Source of the DNA: Chrysomallon squamiferum
Taxonomy: Eukaryota; Animalia; Mollusca
DNA length: 64,000 nucleotides
Reading direction: 5' to 3'
NCBI GenBank assembly: GCA_012295275.1
Contig: CM022679.1
Span: 7,998,001-8,062,000 of the forward strand
Shown here: positions 1 through 12,774 of the stretch, piece after piece
Layout of the letters: every line of letters starts with the position of its first letter
Position numbering within the stretch: the stretch's first letter is position 1
Program-made: the position numbers and the translations under genes
The notes under the pieces: generated by a model
Database searches by the model: none
What the model was told of the DNA's origin: nothing
The model's input: the letters and a program-made list of their open reading frames with translations, nothing else

Positions 1-54
1 TTTCTTTAAAGACAGGTTTGGGATCCATGTTAGAAGAAGAGTTGGACCAGCAAC
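1..54 (-). CDS. TBC1D16: TBC1D16 second coding exon (partial)
   Basis: Polypyrimidine-AG acceptor, then VAGPTLLLTWIPNLSLKK in frame. Confidence 0.85.
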
Positions 55-1972
55 CTAAAATAAAAAAGAAAATAAACGTTTAATAAGTAATAAATAAATT
101 TTGAAATTTAAATACAATTTTTAAAAGATTTTAAAAAATATTTTTGAAACAATGATAAAAAATAAATAAATAAATAAATAAATAAAAAACATTAATAAAT
201 AGATATATAACTTTTTTTTTTAAACTTGCATTTTTAAAGTAAAGCATAATTTTTTTTAAATAAAACATGAAATTCAGCCTGTTTCAAAAATTAACTCTTG
301 TCATTTATCTATATTTTTTATTATTCACCTTTAGATAACTAACATCATAAAGGGAAAATGCTGAATCAGTATGCAAAGATACAAAAAATTAACATATCGT
401 TTGAACTTTTTTTTTTTTTTTTTTTAAATTATTTATTCCAATAAATTATTATTTAATCTTAATAAATTGCATATGGTGCCAGGCTATCAAGTAAAAAAAA
501 AAAAAAAAAAAAATAAAAACAACAGCTGCTAACATTCTCAAATCATTGCAAGGTTTGCAAAACAAATGGAATTTAATTTGATCTGTAACAAGCTTTAAAT
601 ATATGCCTGTATGATATTCTGTAAACATTATAAAAAAAATTGTAAAAACTGTATATAAGAAGAAACTGTTTTTGGGAAATACACACAGCCCAAAACATAA
701 AAAAATAGATAGATAGATAGATTATAAATAAATAAATAAATAAATAAAAGGGGAAAAAAGGGAAAATAGATATAAATATGAGGAAGACAGGAGAGAAAGT
801 AACACATATAACAGTTTTTGAACTATGAATATATGACATCACAAAATAAAAATAAAAATAAATAAAATAAAAATGAAAATAAATAAAATAATATAAAATA
901 AAATAAAATAAAATAAAATTAAATTAAATTAAATTAAATTAAATTAAACTAGAAAAAAGAGGACAACAAAGAAATATTTCACATTTTTAATAAATGGCTT
1001 ACTGGCATTTAAATTTGGTCAATACCAGTTATATACCAGAGAGAAAATAAAATAGAACTAGATAAATGAAGACAGATATAAATAACAGAAGTCAAGAAGG
1101 AAATATATCAATTTTTAATAATAAATTTGGTAAATACCTTTTACATACTGAGAGAAAATAAAACAGAAATAGAAAAAAGAATATATACATAAATAACGTA
1201 AGTCAAGAAAGAAATATTGGAGTTTTTAATAAATGGTTTAATGGCATCATAAATTTGGTAAATACCAGCTATATTCTGAGAAAAAAAAAAAAAATGTTTC
1301 AGTGTCAATAAATATTCTTTTTTCATTTAACAACAAGGAATTTTCTTCTTGTTTTAAAAATATATTGCCATAGACAATAAAACCCACAGCCATGATACTG
1401 TAGCCTAAGTTGTCCAATGGGAGCAATCAGTTTAAGTGATACTGAGACCAATCATGGCTTTACCTCAATGCCATGGTCCTGTATCCAAAAAAAAAAAAAA
1501 AAAAAAATAAAAAAAAAATAAAAAAAAAGTAAATAAATAAAAAAAAAATATGAATAAACAAATAAAAATAAAAAAAAAATAAAATAAATAAATAAATAAT
1601 ACTGATAAAAAAAAAAAAAAAAAAAAAAAAATAATAATAATAATAAAAGTAACAAAACATATATTAACAATAAAAAATAAAATAAAAAAAAAGAAAATTT
1701 TAAAAATGGTGGTAAAGACTATTAAGTATTATATTATTTTTTTTACATATTACCTGATCTTCTTGAGCTCTGACAGTGAGATAGCCTGGGTAATGTTCCG
1801 TTTCAAACGACAGTGGTGTAGGAGGATGAACACAGACATTGTTCTTGCAGTAGATAATCTCTCCATCTAGTGGAGGCGGCCTCAGGGAATCTGAGCTATG
1901 GATTCCGAGAAAATTTGTAGCTTTTTTGAAGATATTGCTAAAAGCCATGATGGGTACTGCTGCCAGCTCCAT
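1..1972 (-). CDS. TBC1D16: TBC1 domain family member 16 (Rab-GAP), N-terminal part; coding exons 1754-1972 and <1-54, continues beyond the window start
   Basis: Exon 1754-2016 (acceptor tttcacag, donor CAG|gtaat) encodes M(ELAAVPIM)AFSNIFKKATNFLG...PPLDGEIIYCKNNVCVHPP...EHYPGYLTVRAQEDQ. The next exon (acceptor ttttag at 55-56) continues in phase 0 as VAGPTLLLTWIPNLSLKK. This matches the recalled human TBC1D16 N-terminus (LDGEIIYSKNNVCVHPP...HHPGYL...LGATLILAWVPN). The start ATG is at 1972 or 1948. Confidence 0.9.
968..1280. repeat. Degenerate tandem repeat, about 3 units of 110-130 bp
   Basis: Recurrent aagaaatat...ttttaataaatgg...aaatttggt(c/a)aatacc...gagagaaaataaaa blocks. Confidence 0.75.
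1325..1482. mobile_element. Decayed SINE-like interspersed repeat copy
   Basis: Shares blocks (ttaacaacaagg..., ccatagac...cccacagcc, ccaatggg) with copies at about 4150, 23225 and 48840. Confidence 0.35.
1754..1972 (-). CDS. TBC1D16: TBC1D16 first coding exon
   Basis: DGEIIYCKNNVCVHPP motif; GT donor at 1753-1752. Confidence 0.9.
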
Positions 1973-4149
1973 CAAGCCAGAACACTAGTGATGAATCTGG
2001 CTTTAATTATAGCATTCTGTGAAAACGAGAAAAATATCACAGCTTTGTGTTAAAAACAGAAAATATTATTTATACCTCGGATAACAAATGTCACCATATT
2101 TCTTTTTTTAGATATTCTTTTCATTAATATTAGACACATAAAAGGCAAGAGCACTGGAATTAGAGTATTCTTTCAGACATGAAAATATTAAATTCATATT
2201 AACAAATGGCATAAAATGTCAGTAATCCAAAATCAAAAGCTAACATACAACAAAATCCTCAGATTATTTATAATGATAAAATGAGCATCATTTGATGAAT
2301 TTATCCTACTTCTTGAAATACCCAAACATAATTCATACATTTATTCTAAATTCATATTAGTGTTGTAATGTAAATAATAAATACCTTTTATTCTTGTCAT
2401 TAACAGATTCATGTGTTAGTAAAGAGAGAGAGAAAAAATTTGTTTTGATATATTTATATTCTTCTGCCAAAAAAAGGACTGAGATCCCAAGATTAAAAAA
2501 AACACACCAAAAAACAGAAGAGATAATAATAATAAAAAAAGTTTAAAAATTACAATACTATATTGTATTTAAACTTGGTAAATAAATTAGGAAAAAATTA
2601 ACAAAACACATTTGATAATACTTTGGAAGATGAGAGTCAAAGAGAAAAGAAAATTACATTTTAGTTTTATGTATCTCTAGAAGACAATAATTATTTTATA
2701 ATAATTATTTTCTCGTCAATAATTACATTGTATCCAGCTGACTTGTAATAAAAAAAAACTGAATTAACGTTTCAACATTAAAAGCTGTCACAAGTTATTA
2801 ACACCCCAAGGCAGAATATTGCAGGTTATAACCAAATTTTCTATAAATACATACATGGTACAAATAATCAATTATTAGGTGAAGGGATAATGCACAATCG
2901 ATAACAATGACTTCTCTCTATTGTGTACTGATTACAAACATCTGTTACTTTAATGTTAAATGAAGAATTTACAAAACAAAATCTGGCTTAAACTTCAAAT
3001 TCTTGTTAAGAAATGACGTTTAGTCACAGTACATTGCTGATGTAAATGATATTCTTATGAATATATTTAAAAACAAAGAAAGAAAGCAAATTCTATCTAT
3101 GAAAACGAAGTAATGTTCAGAAGTAGCAGCTTTTTTTTTATCTGCTAAACATTTACACATACCAATACAATGCTCTATTAATAATATATGAAATATGTCA
3201 CTAAACATGAATAAAAAAAAATAAACAAATGATCATATGATCAAATTTTTATTAACTTTTAGTGAAATATTTTTGTCTCTTCTCACTTAGTGTTACTTCA
3301 TAATTTATTTATCTATGAATTTCAATTTGACTGATTTTTCTGCTGAATAAAAAAAACTAATAAAAAAAATTAAAAATTAAAAAACCTCTTTGAAAAGAAA
3401 GAAAAAAGAACTAAATAAAATTTTTTTAATCAAATTAAGTAAAATATTTCTTCCTACAAAAAGATATCCTCCCAAGGCCAAGTTTAATAAATGTATTGCT
3501 TTCAGGAATTTCTAGTAAAAAATTTAAATCACTCTAGTATTTTCTATTTAGTATTTACATGTCTTAGAATGGGGGCTTTTATCTCAACATACAACTGTCT
3601 TATGCCTATTACATGGTACATGGCATTATACCTTTATTTTTAAGCACATATCTATACAACTAGAAAAGAATCAATGTCTTGACAACAATGGAAAATAACT
3701 AAAACATGACAACAGACAAGAAACACGCTATTAGAACAAAGATTTACAAATATATTCAACCTACATAATCTGTTAGCAAATCCTTGTGAATCAGTATCCT
3801 CCCCCAAAAAACAATATCTTCACCTTGTGAAGTAAACATTTAACAATTAACAGCACAGAGTGACGCCATGGTGTTTTTGTGCCAATGATGATCAAAATCA
3901 ATAGACACCTAAATGAATTAGCTTCAGGAATGCTGAGGTTTTCCCCATGACGGCTAAGACCACTATAGCAGCTCACAAGATAAAATAAACCCAATAAAAC
4001 GTGCCACAGCTTAGGATACACAACAGAGTGCTTAAATTTTTTGGCTAATATCGCAGATGGATTTCCTAACATAGCGACCATTAAGGAAAGGACAGTTTGA
4101 AATTACACAGACATTTCTTGTAAGATGTATTTGTGATAATATGAGATAC

Positions 4150-4230
4150 ACAAGAATTAGCAAGAAGACATCATTCTGTACAACCAACCCATAAAAAGGC
4201 AAGCACATACCACAGTTATTGATAAACTAT
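4150..4230. mobile_element. Decayed SINE-like repeat fragment
   Basis: attagcaagaag...cccata...agcacataccacag...ttgata block similar to the other copies. Confidence 0.35.
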
Positions 4231-4523
4231 TTCTTCTGAATTTAGTTCAACAGGAAATATCATGAAAGGCTTTCATTTGTATCAGTGAAATATTGACAAA
4301 ATAAACTAATATTAATTATACAGAATAAATCATTGCTTGTAATCAGATATTGAGATTTTCTGTAATAAAATCACTTACACTGTATATATAAAGTAAATAA
4401 TTTTTAGTAACAAAAAAATTTAATTCTGAAATGCAAAAAATAGCTTTATAAGAAACAAACAGATATTGTTTTATCATCATAACAGGAAAAAAAAATCATT
4501 AAACACACACAAACTATGACAAA

Positions 4524-4555
<32 letters not shown>

Positions 4556-6826
4556 AGAAAAGTAACTGAATGTGTTGTATTAAATTAACATTAACAGAAT
4601 GGCATGAATACGTGAAGGACTTTGACATTTAAACATACCATGAAAGAACAATAATAAGGCAAGAATAAATACCAAGTTTAATTGTAATGAAAGAACATTA
4701 ACCAAATATATGCCACATATACTGATACACACTTAGCCTGTCTCTTTTCACTCTCTTTTCCTTTGTCTCTTTAATACACACAGAGACAAATATTTTTATT
4801 TTAAATCCCACACACATTCAGATACAAATACATACACACATCAATACAAACACCCACACAAACATATTAATCCGATGAACACCTAATCTGAGCACTGGTT
4901 GTCACATAACACGTCTCAGAATGATTCAGAAATAGACCCAACATGCACACAAGTAGAATAAATTGCTTATTTGTCCAGTACGAGAAAGAAATCGTTGTCC
5001 AGTTAAAACCAAGGCACAGGACACTGGTGAGATCCAGCAATGAAAAGCTGATCGTAAGTATAAAAAAAAGAAAAAAGAAAGAAATCAATATTATATTTCA
5101 AGCCACAAACATAATGGTAGGTCTTGCATCTGCTCAGACTGGCAGCTCATAATGGCCAACCAAAACAATTCAATTAATGCTTTAATAACGCAACACATGA
5201 ATAATCTGACCAGTGGTCAAGTTAAAAAGTTGTTTCAGCTGAATGTTATTGACAGCTTCATATTAGGCAGATGCTGCTATGTAATTTGATTGGTATGATA
5301 ATTAAATAACAGATGATATTCAAGATAATTCATTAGAAAACTGAAATACGATGCAGAAACAATGTTTACTGCAATAAGATATGTAAAAACAGTAACAAAA
5401 TATCAAAATATGGTTCAGTGAAATACTAAAATAAAAATTAAAAACACACTGAAGTGTTAAAGTAAACTGTAAAAAAAATTAAAATTAAAATAAATGTAAA
5501 AACACTAAAATTCTAAACAAAAATGTAGAAATACTCAAATGATATGTATAAAAAACAAAAACAAATATACCAAAAAACAAACATAAAAATATATTATCAA
5601 TAAAATAAAATGTAAAACCATACTGAAACATGATTAGAAAATGTAATTTAGAGAAACACTGAAAGTAAGATGCAAAACACACTGAAACAAAGTAAAAACA
5701 AATGTCCAGTGAAATAATAACTAAAAATTAAATTAAATTGTAGAAAAGTAAATAAATGTAAAATATTCAGAAGCACTGATAATTTTAATAAGTAATTTAG
5801 TAAAATACTGAAATAAAAAATAAAAATAAACAACAATGGAAAAAGTTTTAAGTAATACATAAAATTAATTCAATGAAATACTGAAACAGATATAAACAAA
5901 CAAGCTAATACATTATGGTCATTTCCATGAATAATTCAAATAGGAAGATGTAATTTACCTTCAAGAATCAGGTGATTTATAAACAGTGATAGTGACTAAT
6001 TAAAAATGATGTACTGGAAACAGAAACTTCTTAATTAGAGTAGCACTTCTTTTATTATTGCAGACCTTGTACTAAACCAAACTTGTAAGAAAACTGACTT
6101 TTCCATTATGATTATGAAGTAAAACTGATTAAATTACTGAAAAAGGAAATAATACATGGCAATCATTCCTTTAATAATGATGATGATGATGTAGTAATAA
6201 ATACATAACCAAATGACATCTTATTTTAATATTTATGATTATCAGATCTGGATAAACCAGACTCAGAGACTAGCTAGAACAAGAAATAACTCAAACTGAT
6301 TATCAAAAGAATTGATCCTGTGATCAGTCTTACCTCAGAGCATGTTCAGAAATACTACTACTAATAACAAAACAAAACAAGAAAGAAAGAAAGAAAGAAA
6401 TAAAGAAATAACAAAAATAAGTAAAATTCAGTGTCAGTGACTTAAACCAGATTTCTCAGAATAAAATAATTCTTACCAAAATGCAACTAATGAATTCTAA
6501 TTAAAAGCTGAGATAACAAAAATTAATTAAAGCAGTTTTAATGAAACACTGAAATGGCATGCAGACTAGATATCGGATATCTTGCTCAAGATAATGAAAT
6601 TTAATTCAGTGCAACAAAAGATGTTCAAATTACATGTATTCGTGACAATTTTTTTTTTTTCTTATCCCAATATAGTGGTGTAGTAGTTATGTAGCTTTAA
6701 TTATGGAATTTTCACTCCAAGTTCAAGACTTGATTAAAAAGATACCTGAACAAATCTGTGGAATTGTCATATTACTTACTTTTCACACATGTATGCATGC
6801 ACATGCACACACACATGCGCACATGC

Positions 6827-6872
<46 letters not shown>

Positions 6873-7539
6873 TTACACATATACAGTTACAGGTATCATA
6901 TTCAAGAAAATGATATTTAAATTAACACACAGACAGTTTAAATGATATTAGTTACATCCACATTTTGTTTGTTCACTAGCATCTTAATCATGCTGATTCT
7001 TGTCACAAGACTTAGATCAGAATGAACTTAAACTTTAAACAAAAACAAACTATGGCAACATACCAGAAATGTAAGGATTCAGAACAACACATGTGCATGT
7101 ATTATTTAATAATTTTAGTTCCAATTAATAATTTTAGTGCAGATATACTGAGCATAAAATTAAAGATGTATCTAACATGGTTATCTAAAAGCATTTAAAT
7201 ATTTGAAGGTGTTAATTTAAGTTTTGATAATTAAATAATGATTATCATCACAATATTGATTACATCACAAGATTAGTTAATTTAGAATACACTAAAAACG
7301 GAAATTAAATTATTTTAACATCAATAAAAATAAAAAAGAACAAAATAAAAACATTTAAAATTATATCTGATATAACTGCTAAGCAATGAATTCATATTGA
7401 AACATCTCTTTAAATCTAGAAACAACAATGTAAACTTTTTGCTAGAAATTTAAGCTAACAATTATTAGAAATTATACATGGTGGTTATAAAAATGTTGTT
7501 TCACATTAACAATTGTTTTCTGATAATCTCTTATCATTT

Positions 7540-7590
<51 letters not shown>

Positions 7591-10164
7591 TGGTTTTTTC
7601 TGTTTTAATTTCATATAAATCTGTAACAATTCAAAAAAGTATTTAACTGTTAATAGCAGCAGATATAAATAAAATCTTAAGACAAAATTTAAGATTTTAA
7701 AATATTTTTTTCTTTAATCACTAATATGATAATATACTTTATATAGAACTGTAGACATATATGGAAAGAAACAATCAAGTCACAACAGCTGTCACATTTT
7801 ACATACAGATAAAAAGAAACATATTTAAACCAAACATACAATAAAACATACAGGTAATACATACCTGATGAACAGTTAGCAATTAACTAGGCATAATTCA
7901 CACGCATATATATGTATATATTAATATTAATTATTAAATGTAACAGCTGTCATATACACATTTTACAGACAGATAATGAGAAATAATTTTATAGCCAACA
8001 TATATTACTTTAAATATTATAATTTAGTACCATTTAGTTACATCAGCAGAAAATAATGATGGATATTAAATTTATAGTAAAAAGTTTAAGCTGCTGATTC
8101 TGAACTTTTTATACAGTTAATCATATACAATAAAATATTAAATTTTGTTTTAACCAACACACAATTAAATCAGGTATATGAACATTAACTTTATCGATTT
8201 CAGAACTAAACATGTAAATGAAATATTTTTTACCCCCTTTTTATTTTTATTAAACTATATTGTAATGCTCTCCCTCTATATCTCTGTGTGTGTGCGTTTG
8301 TCCATATAACTCACATACACTTCAGAAAAATTAAATCCACCAGATATTATGATAGCACATGGTGTATGACTTCTGTAAAAAATATAGGACAACCCATATA
8401 TCAATTGTCTACTATAACATTGTCTAACATGAATTTTGCATACCAGTCCCTTCACAGAAACATGACAACACAGCATATCAAATCTACACTAATCAGTATT
8501 ACTTACATTTTTGTAATACAGATATCAAGACTTAAAACAAAAAATCAAGTAAACTGGTGAAGTGTTAAGTAGTAGTAATTAACACAGCTTCTTAATTTTA
8601 AATAACAAAGCCACAATACCTCATCTGCATATGGCATAATTATCCAAAATTTGTCCATTTCAATAAAAATTCAGCAAATCCAACACAACAGCTGACACTA
8701 AGTTGGACAACAGCACAAGTTTTTGTCTGAAAACACCTACATACAAACGTGCAATCAATAATTTGAATAAGTAAACATCCAATGTTTTGGTGCAGTAACA
8801 GATGGTATTCAGACGGTGTTGTGATGAACCTCATGATGTACTGTATTTCTGTTACAAATATCACACACGTATCTGTGTGTGCATGTATGCATGTATCATG
8901 GAAGGGATATATATAATAATGTTTTTGTTCATTTTTTAACATATTTGCATTAGTATTTGTGTACAAAATTATTTTTGTCATGCAACAATAAAAAATATAT
9001 ATATATTTTTTTTTTTTAACTGACATTTTTTTATATATGGACAACAATGTGACACTTTTCACCTTTGTGTTCCATTTACCTTTATATCATCATTAGTAGA
9101 TTAATTTGTCATGACTAATACAGAGCGGGGAAATGAGATTTATTTTTTATTTGTATATTTGGTATTTCATAATGTATATTATACATGTATATTCATTTAG
9201 CAAGCATTGCATTTTCCAAAATAAATTCTAATTTTAGACACAAGGGAAAAAACCTCATGAACATAATACATTTTGTATTTAATTTCTATTAGTGCAGAGT
9301 AAAACAAAATAACAGCTAAAAAAAAACCCCAAAACCCATCAAATACATATTTACTGTTATGAATTATTAGCCAAGTATTTTAAATTTAAAAGGCTTAAAA
9401 TTTATAGAAAAAATAAAGAAAAGAAAAGGATGAAACCACCAAACACATGTTTTTTGGTACAAATTATTAGCCTAGTATGTATTTTCATTTCAGGTTTGAA
9501 AATACAACACACCCACACACCCTCACACACCCTCCCCAAAAGGTTAACTTAGTAGTCCATATGTATTTCCATCAGTATTTCTTACTTTAGTAAATAACAT
9601 AAAGATGCCAGACAGGAACAAGTTCCTTGAATCTTAATCTAATACAAAAATGGATAGAAATTTCATATCCTGATTGTGTAAGATTCGTTGAGTCACATAT
9701 AATTCCCAGTATCACAAGATGTTTATATTTTCATTATACTAACACAAACTCAAATGATGTACTGCTATTATTAAATCTGAGTGCAGTCTGTGTTCTGTTT
9801 AAATGACAAATATAAAATGTTTATGTAAAGTTCTGTATTTGATTTACTGTTTTAGGAAAAGAATGCCTCATGGACAGAAACTAATTTCAATTATTTTATA
9901 CTCTTTAAAATAAATATTTAAACAAAAAATTTAAACAAATAATAATAATAATAATAATTAAAAAAATAATAATAATGAAAAGGAAAAATAAAATAAAAAG
10001 AAAGAGAAAATGAAATTATTTTATTATATTGATTTATAAAATTAAAAATGCATTTGTTTTTAACAAAGTTATTATTTTGATGCCAGCAGATAAAATATTT
10101 TAATAAATATATAAAAATAAAATCAAAACTTTTTAAATGCAGAACCAAAAAAAAAGTGTAATAA

Positions 10165-10221
<57 letters not shown>

Positions 10222-10969
10222 TAACAGTAATAATAAAAAATAATAATTGTTTTTCTGTTTTTTAATTGAATATCTTTTACATGATTATATTTGATAATTA
10301 TGGGTAAATGAAAGTGGAGAAAATGTAGTAAAGCACAAACATATAAAATAGGGTCATTTTGTTGACCTCACATGCAACAAATCTGGACAGAAGCAAAATA
10401 AATTATGTACAGGAAAATAGTTGCTCTAATCTCATTTGTCAGTTAAAAATACTGCTAACATGGCATTGACCTAAATTTAAAGATTATGACATTTCGGAAA
10501 AATAATAATAAAATTATAAATTTAATTTAACTAATTCACGAAGACATTTAAGGCGCACAATACAAATCCTCAAATGTTTTAATAAAACTACAACAGTACT
10601 TCAACAGTATGATGACAACTTTGCACCAAAACATTGTAAACATTAGATTCTTTCTATTTTACATACTAGTGCAAGCAGCATTATTTTAACTTATATAATA
10701 AAGTAATAAATATTAAAAATGATAATAATAATTTTAAAAACTGATTGCTCTGTTATGTCTTTTCAGGTTTTACACATCTGCAATTGCTGCATTTTAAAAA
10801 AACAAGCCAGTAAACATATGTATATATTTTAATGCTATATTTAGATGGATTATTCTTTGTTTTACATTTTAGCAAATATTGAATAAAATGAACTCTTGAA
10901 ATAAAACAGAAATAGATTGTTTTTTCCCCCCACAAAGCAATAAAGGTTGTTTTCGGTACTTTGACTTAC

Positions 10970-11040
10970 TTGGTCAGTCTTCTGTCATTCGATTGACATA
11001 GGCACGTAATTATTTAAAGCTGGTTTCTTTGAATTAATGC
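10970..11040 (-). other. TBC1D16: Putative non-coding first (5'UTR) exon of TBC1D16; 5' boundary unknown
   Basis: Perfect minus-strand donor CCAA|GTAAGT at 10969-10964 in a CpG-containing island about 1.1 kb from the CCDC40 start. The coding exon at 2016 has an acceptor and so needs an upstream exon. Confidence 0.4.
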
Positions 11041-11397
11041 GAAAAATCTAGCTTATCACAAATATATTCACCATATAATCAAATGCATGCCTATATTGTA
11101 TAATACATATAATCTAACCTGTCACAGAAAACGTAAACAACACCAGCACAGGCAAAACCACATCTACATCATCACTAATGATGGAAAAAAATTACTATTT
11201 TTCTCATTGGTGGGTTCCATAAATGTTAATGGAAATGAAGACAAGGACAGAAATACATGTCAAAATTCGGACCATGAAATAAACATTAATTTTTGACAAT
11301 AATTATAATATAGTGCATGTGGTTTATTTAATTACAACTGAATATATATATATATATATATATTAATTTCTAAATGAAGCAACCTTATACCAGCAGA

Positions 11398-11449
<52 letters not shown>

Positions 11450-12100
11450 TTTCCCTTTAATTAGTATCTATATATAAATAATTAGTAATGGCAATACTTA
11501 ATATTTGTTTTCAGTAATTAAATTAGAATTATCAGGGTCTACATTACATTTATATTAACAACGTGCAGAAAAGCATAAAAATAGAAACCTCTTTTAAAAA
11601 TATTGACAATTTAATGGCATACGTTAGAAAAATCATTTCCAGGTAAAAAAAAACAAATCTGTGATTGCTATTTTTCAAGCAACATTAAATAGAAACAAAA
11701 ATGAAAACGAATAAATTAAAGGGGTTATTAAAAAATAATAATAATAATAATAATAATTAAAAAAAAAAAAAAATTAAATAATAAATAAATAAATTTATCA
11801 TCTGCATTTCTTTTTTCATATATATTTATAATTTAGACTTTTTAATGTATTTTGCGTAGAATTTTATAAAAGGAAGGAAAACATAACTATTGCAAAAGTT
11901 ATTTTGTCTCCTGCTCCAACATTTAATTCTGGTACGGTTTCAACTCAATTTCGCAGTTTGCCTTTTATCTGGGAGAGGGTGCTCTAAGCATAACTGGTGC
12001 TTTCTGTCAAATACGGTGCCCGTTTATTTGACATTGAATAAAGTACTGCATGTGGAACAGTTAATGTTTTGCTGCATAGCAACAAAATTCGACAGCATCG
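11000..12100. promoter_or_regulatory. Putative bidirectional promoter region shared by TBC1D16 and CCDC40
   Basis: Divergent gene orientation, local CpG enrichment at about 10950-11040 and 11930-12100, and candidate first-exon donors on both sides. Confidence 0.5.
12071..12083. promoter_or_regulatory. RFX X-box-like motif at the CCDC40 promoter
   Basis: GCTGCATAGCAAC, one mismatch to GTTGCATAGCAAC, just upstream of the putative first exon. RFX X-boxes are typical of ciliary gene promoters. Confidence 0.55.
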
Positions 12101-12156
12101 TTATATTATTTAACATTGTCAGATTATTTTTGTTTAATATAAATACGTAGATTCAG
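12090..12156 (+). other. CCDC40: Putative non-coding first exon of CCDC40; 5' boundary approximate
   Basis: Donor CAG|gtaaat at 12157; the ATG exon has an acceptor (ccttttacag) at 12634-12635. Confidence 0.45.
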
Positions 12157-12653
12157 GTAAATTTAATTATTTTTAAAAAAATACAGTACTATATTACGTT
12201 ATCAGCGTACATGATTAAATAATTACCAACAATAGGTCATTGATATTTTTATCTTTTCAGAAAACAATATTAAAAGTTAAATAAAAAATATTTATATTAA
12301 CAACGTTTATTAATATTTTTAAAAATAGAATAAAACTCTATGTATAGATGCATTTACTATTTCCATATGTTGTCTATTAAAGTAGCTTTTCTTTCAAACT
12401 GCTATATCATTATTTCGCTTGTTTTTTTATGGTTTTATAATTTATTTATTTACTTACTTTTTTATTTATGACAAACGTAATCTTATAAGCAGCAAATCAA
12501 TATTATTTTATTATATTAAATTATTGACTTGATGACTGTTATTTATGCATGTAGTACATTTATTATTATTATTATTATTTAACTTGTAAAATCAGTATTA
12601 AATACATAACTTATATATCATTGTTACCTTTACAGATTAATTAAAGCTCTAAC

Positions 12654-12774
12654 ATGGATCCAGCAAGTGAGACTGGAGCTGGACAGACAGGTTCTAGACC
12701 CACATCTAGACCATCTTCTGGTCAACCTCCTTCCAGGCCTCCCTCTGATGACCCAGCATTGGCATTATCTGCAG
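12654..12774 (+). CDS. CCDC40: CCDC40 coding exon 1
   Basis: aac[43 protein letters not shown]; phase 1 donor joins the next exon in frame. Confidence 0.8.

Noticed and set aside
1452-1670. Poly-F/L/Y/I ORFs (also 23810-24072, 46890-47117, 56027-56608, 57097-57338)
   Set aside because: These are translations of A/T homopolymers and trinucleotide microsatellites, not proteins.
3791-4081. 96-aa ORF in the TBC1D16 5' intron
   Set aside because: It has no acceptor, no family resemblance, and lies upstream of the conserved N-terminus.
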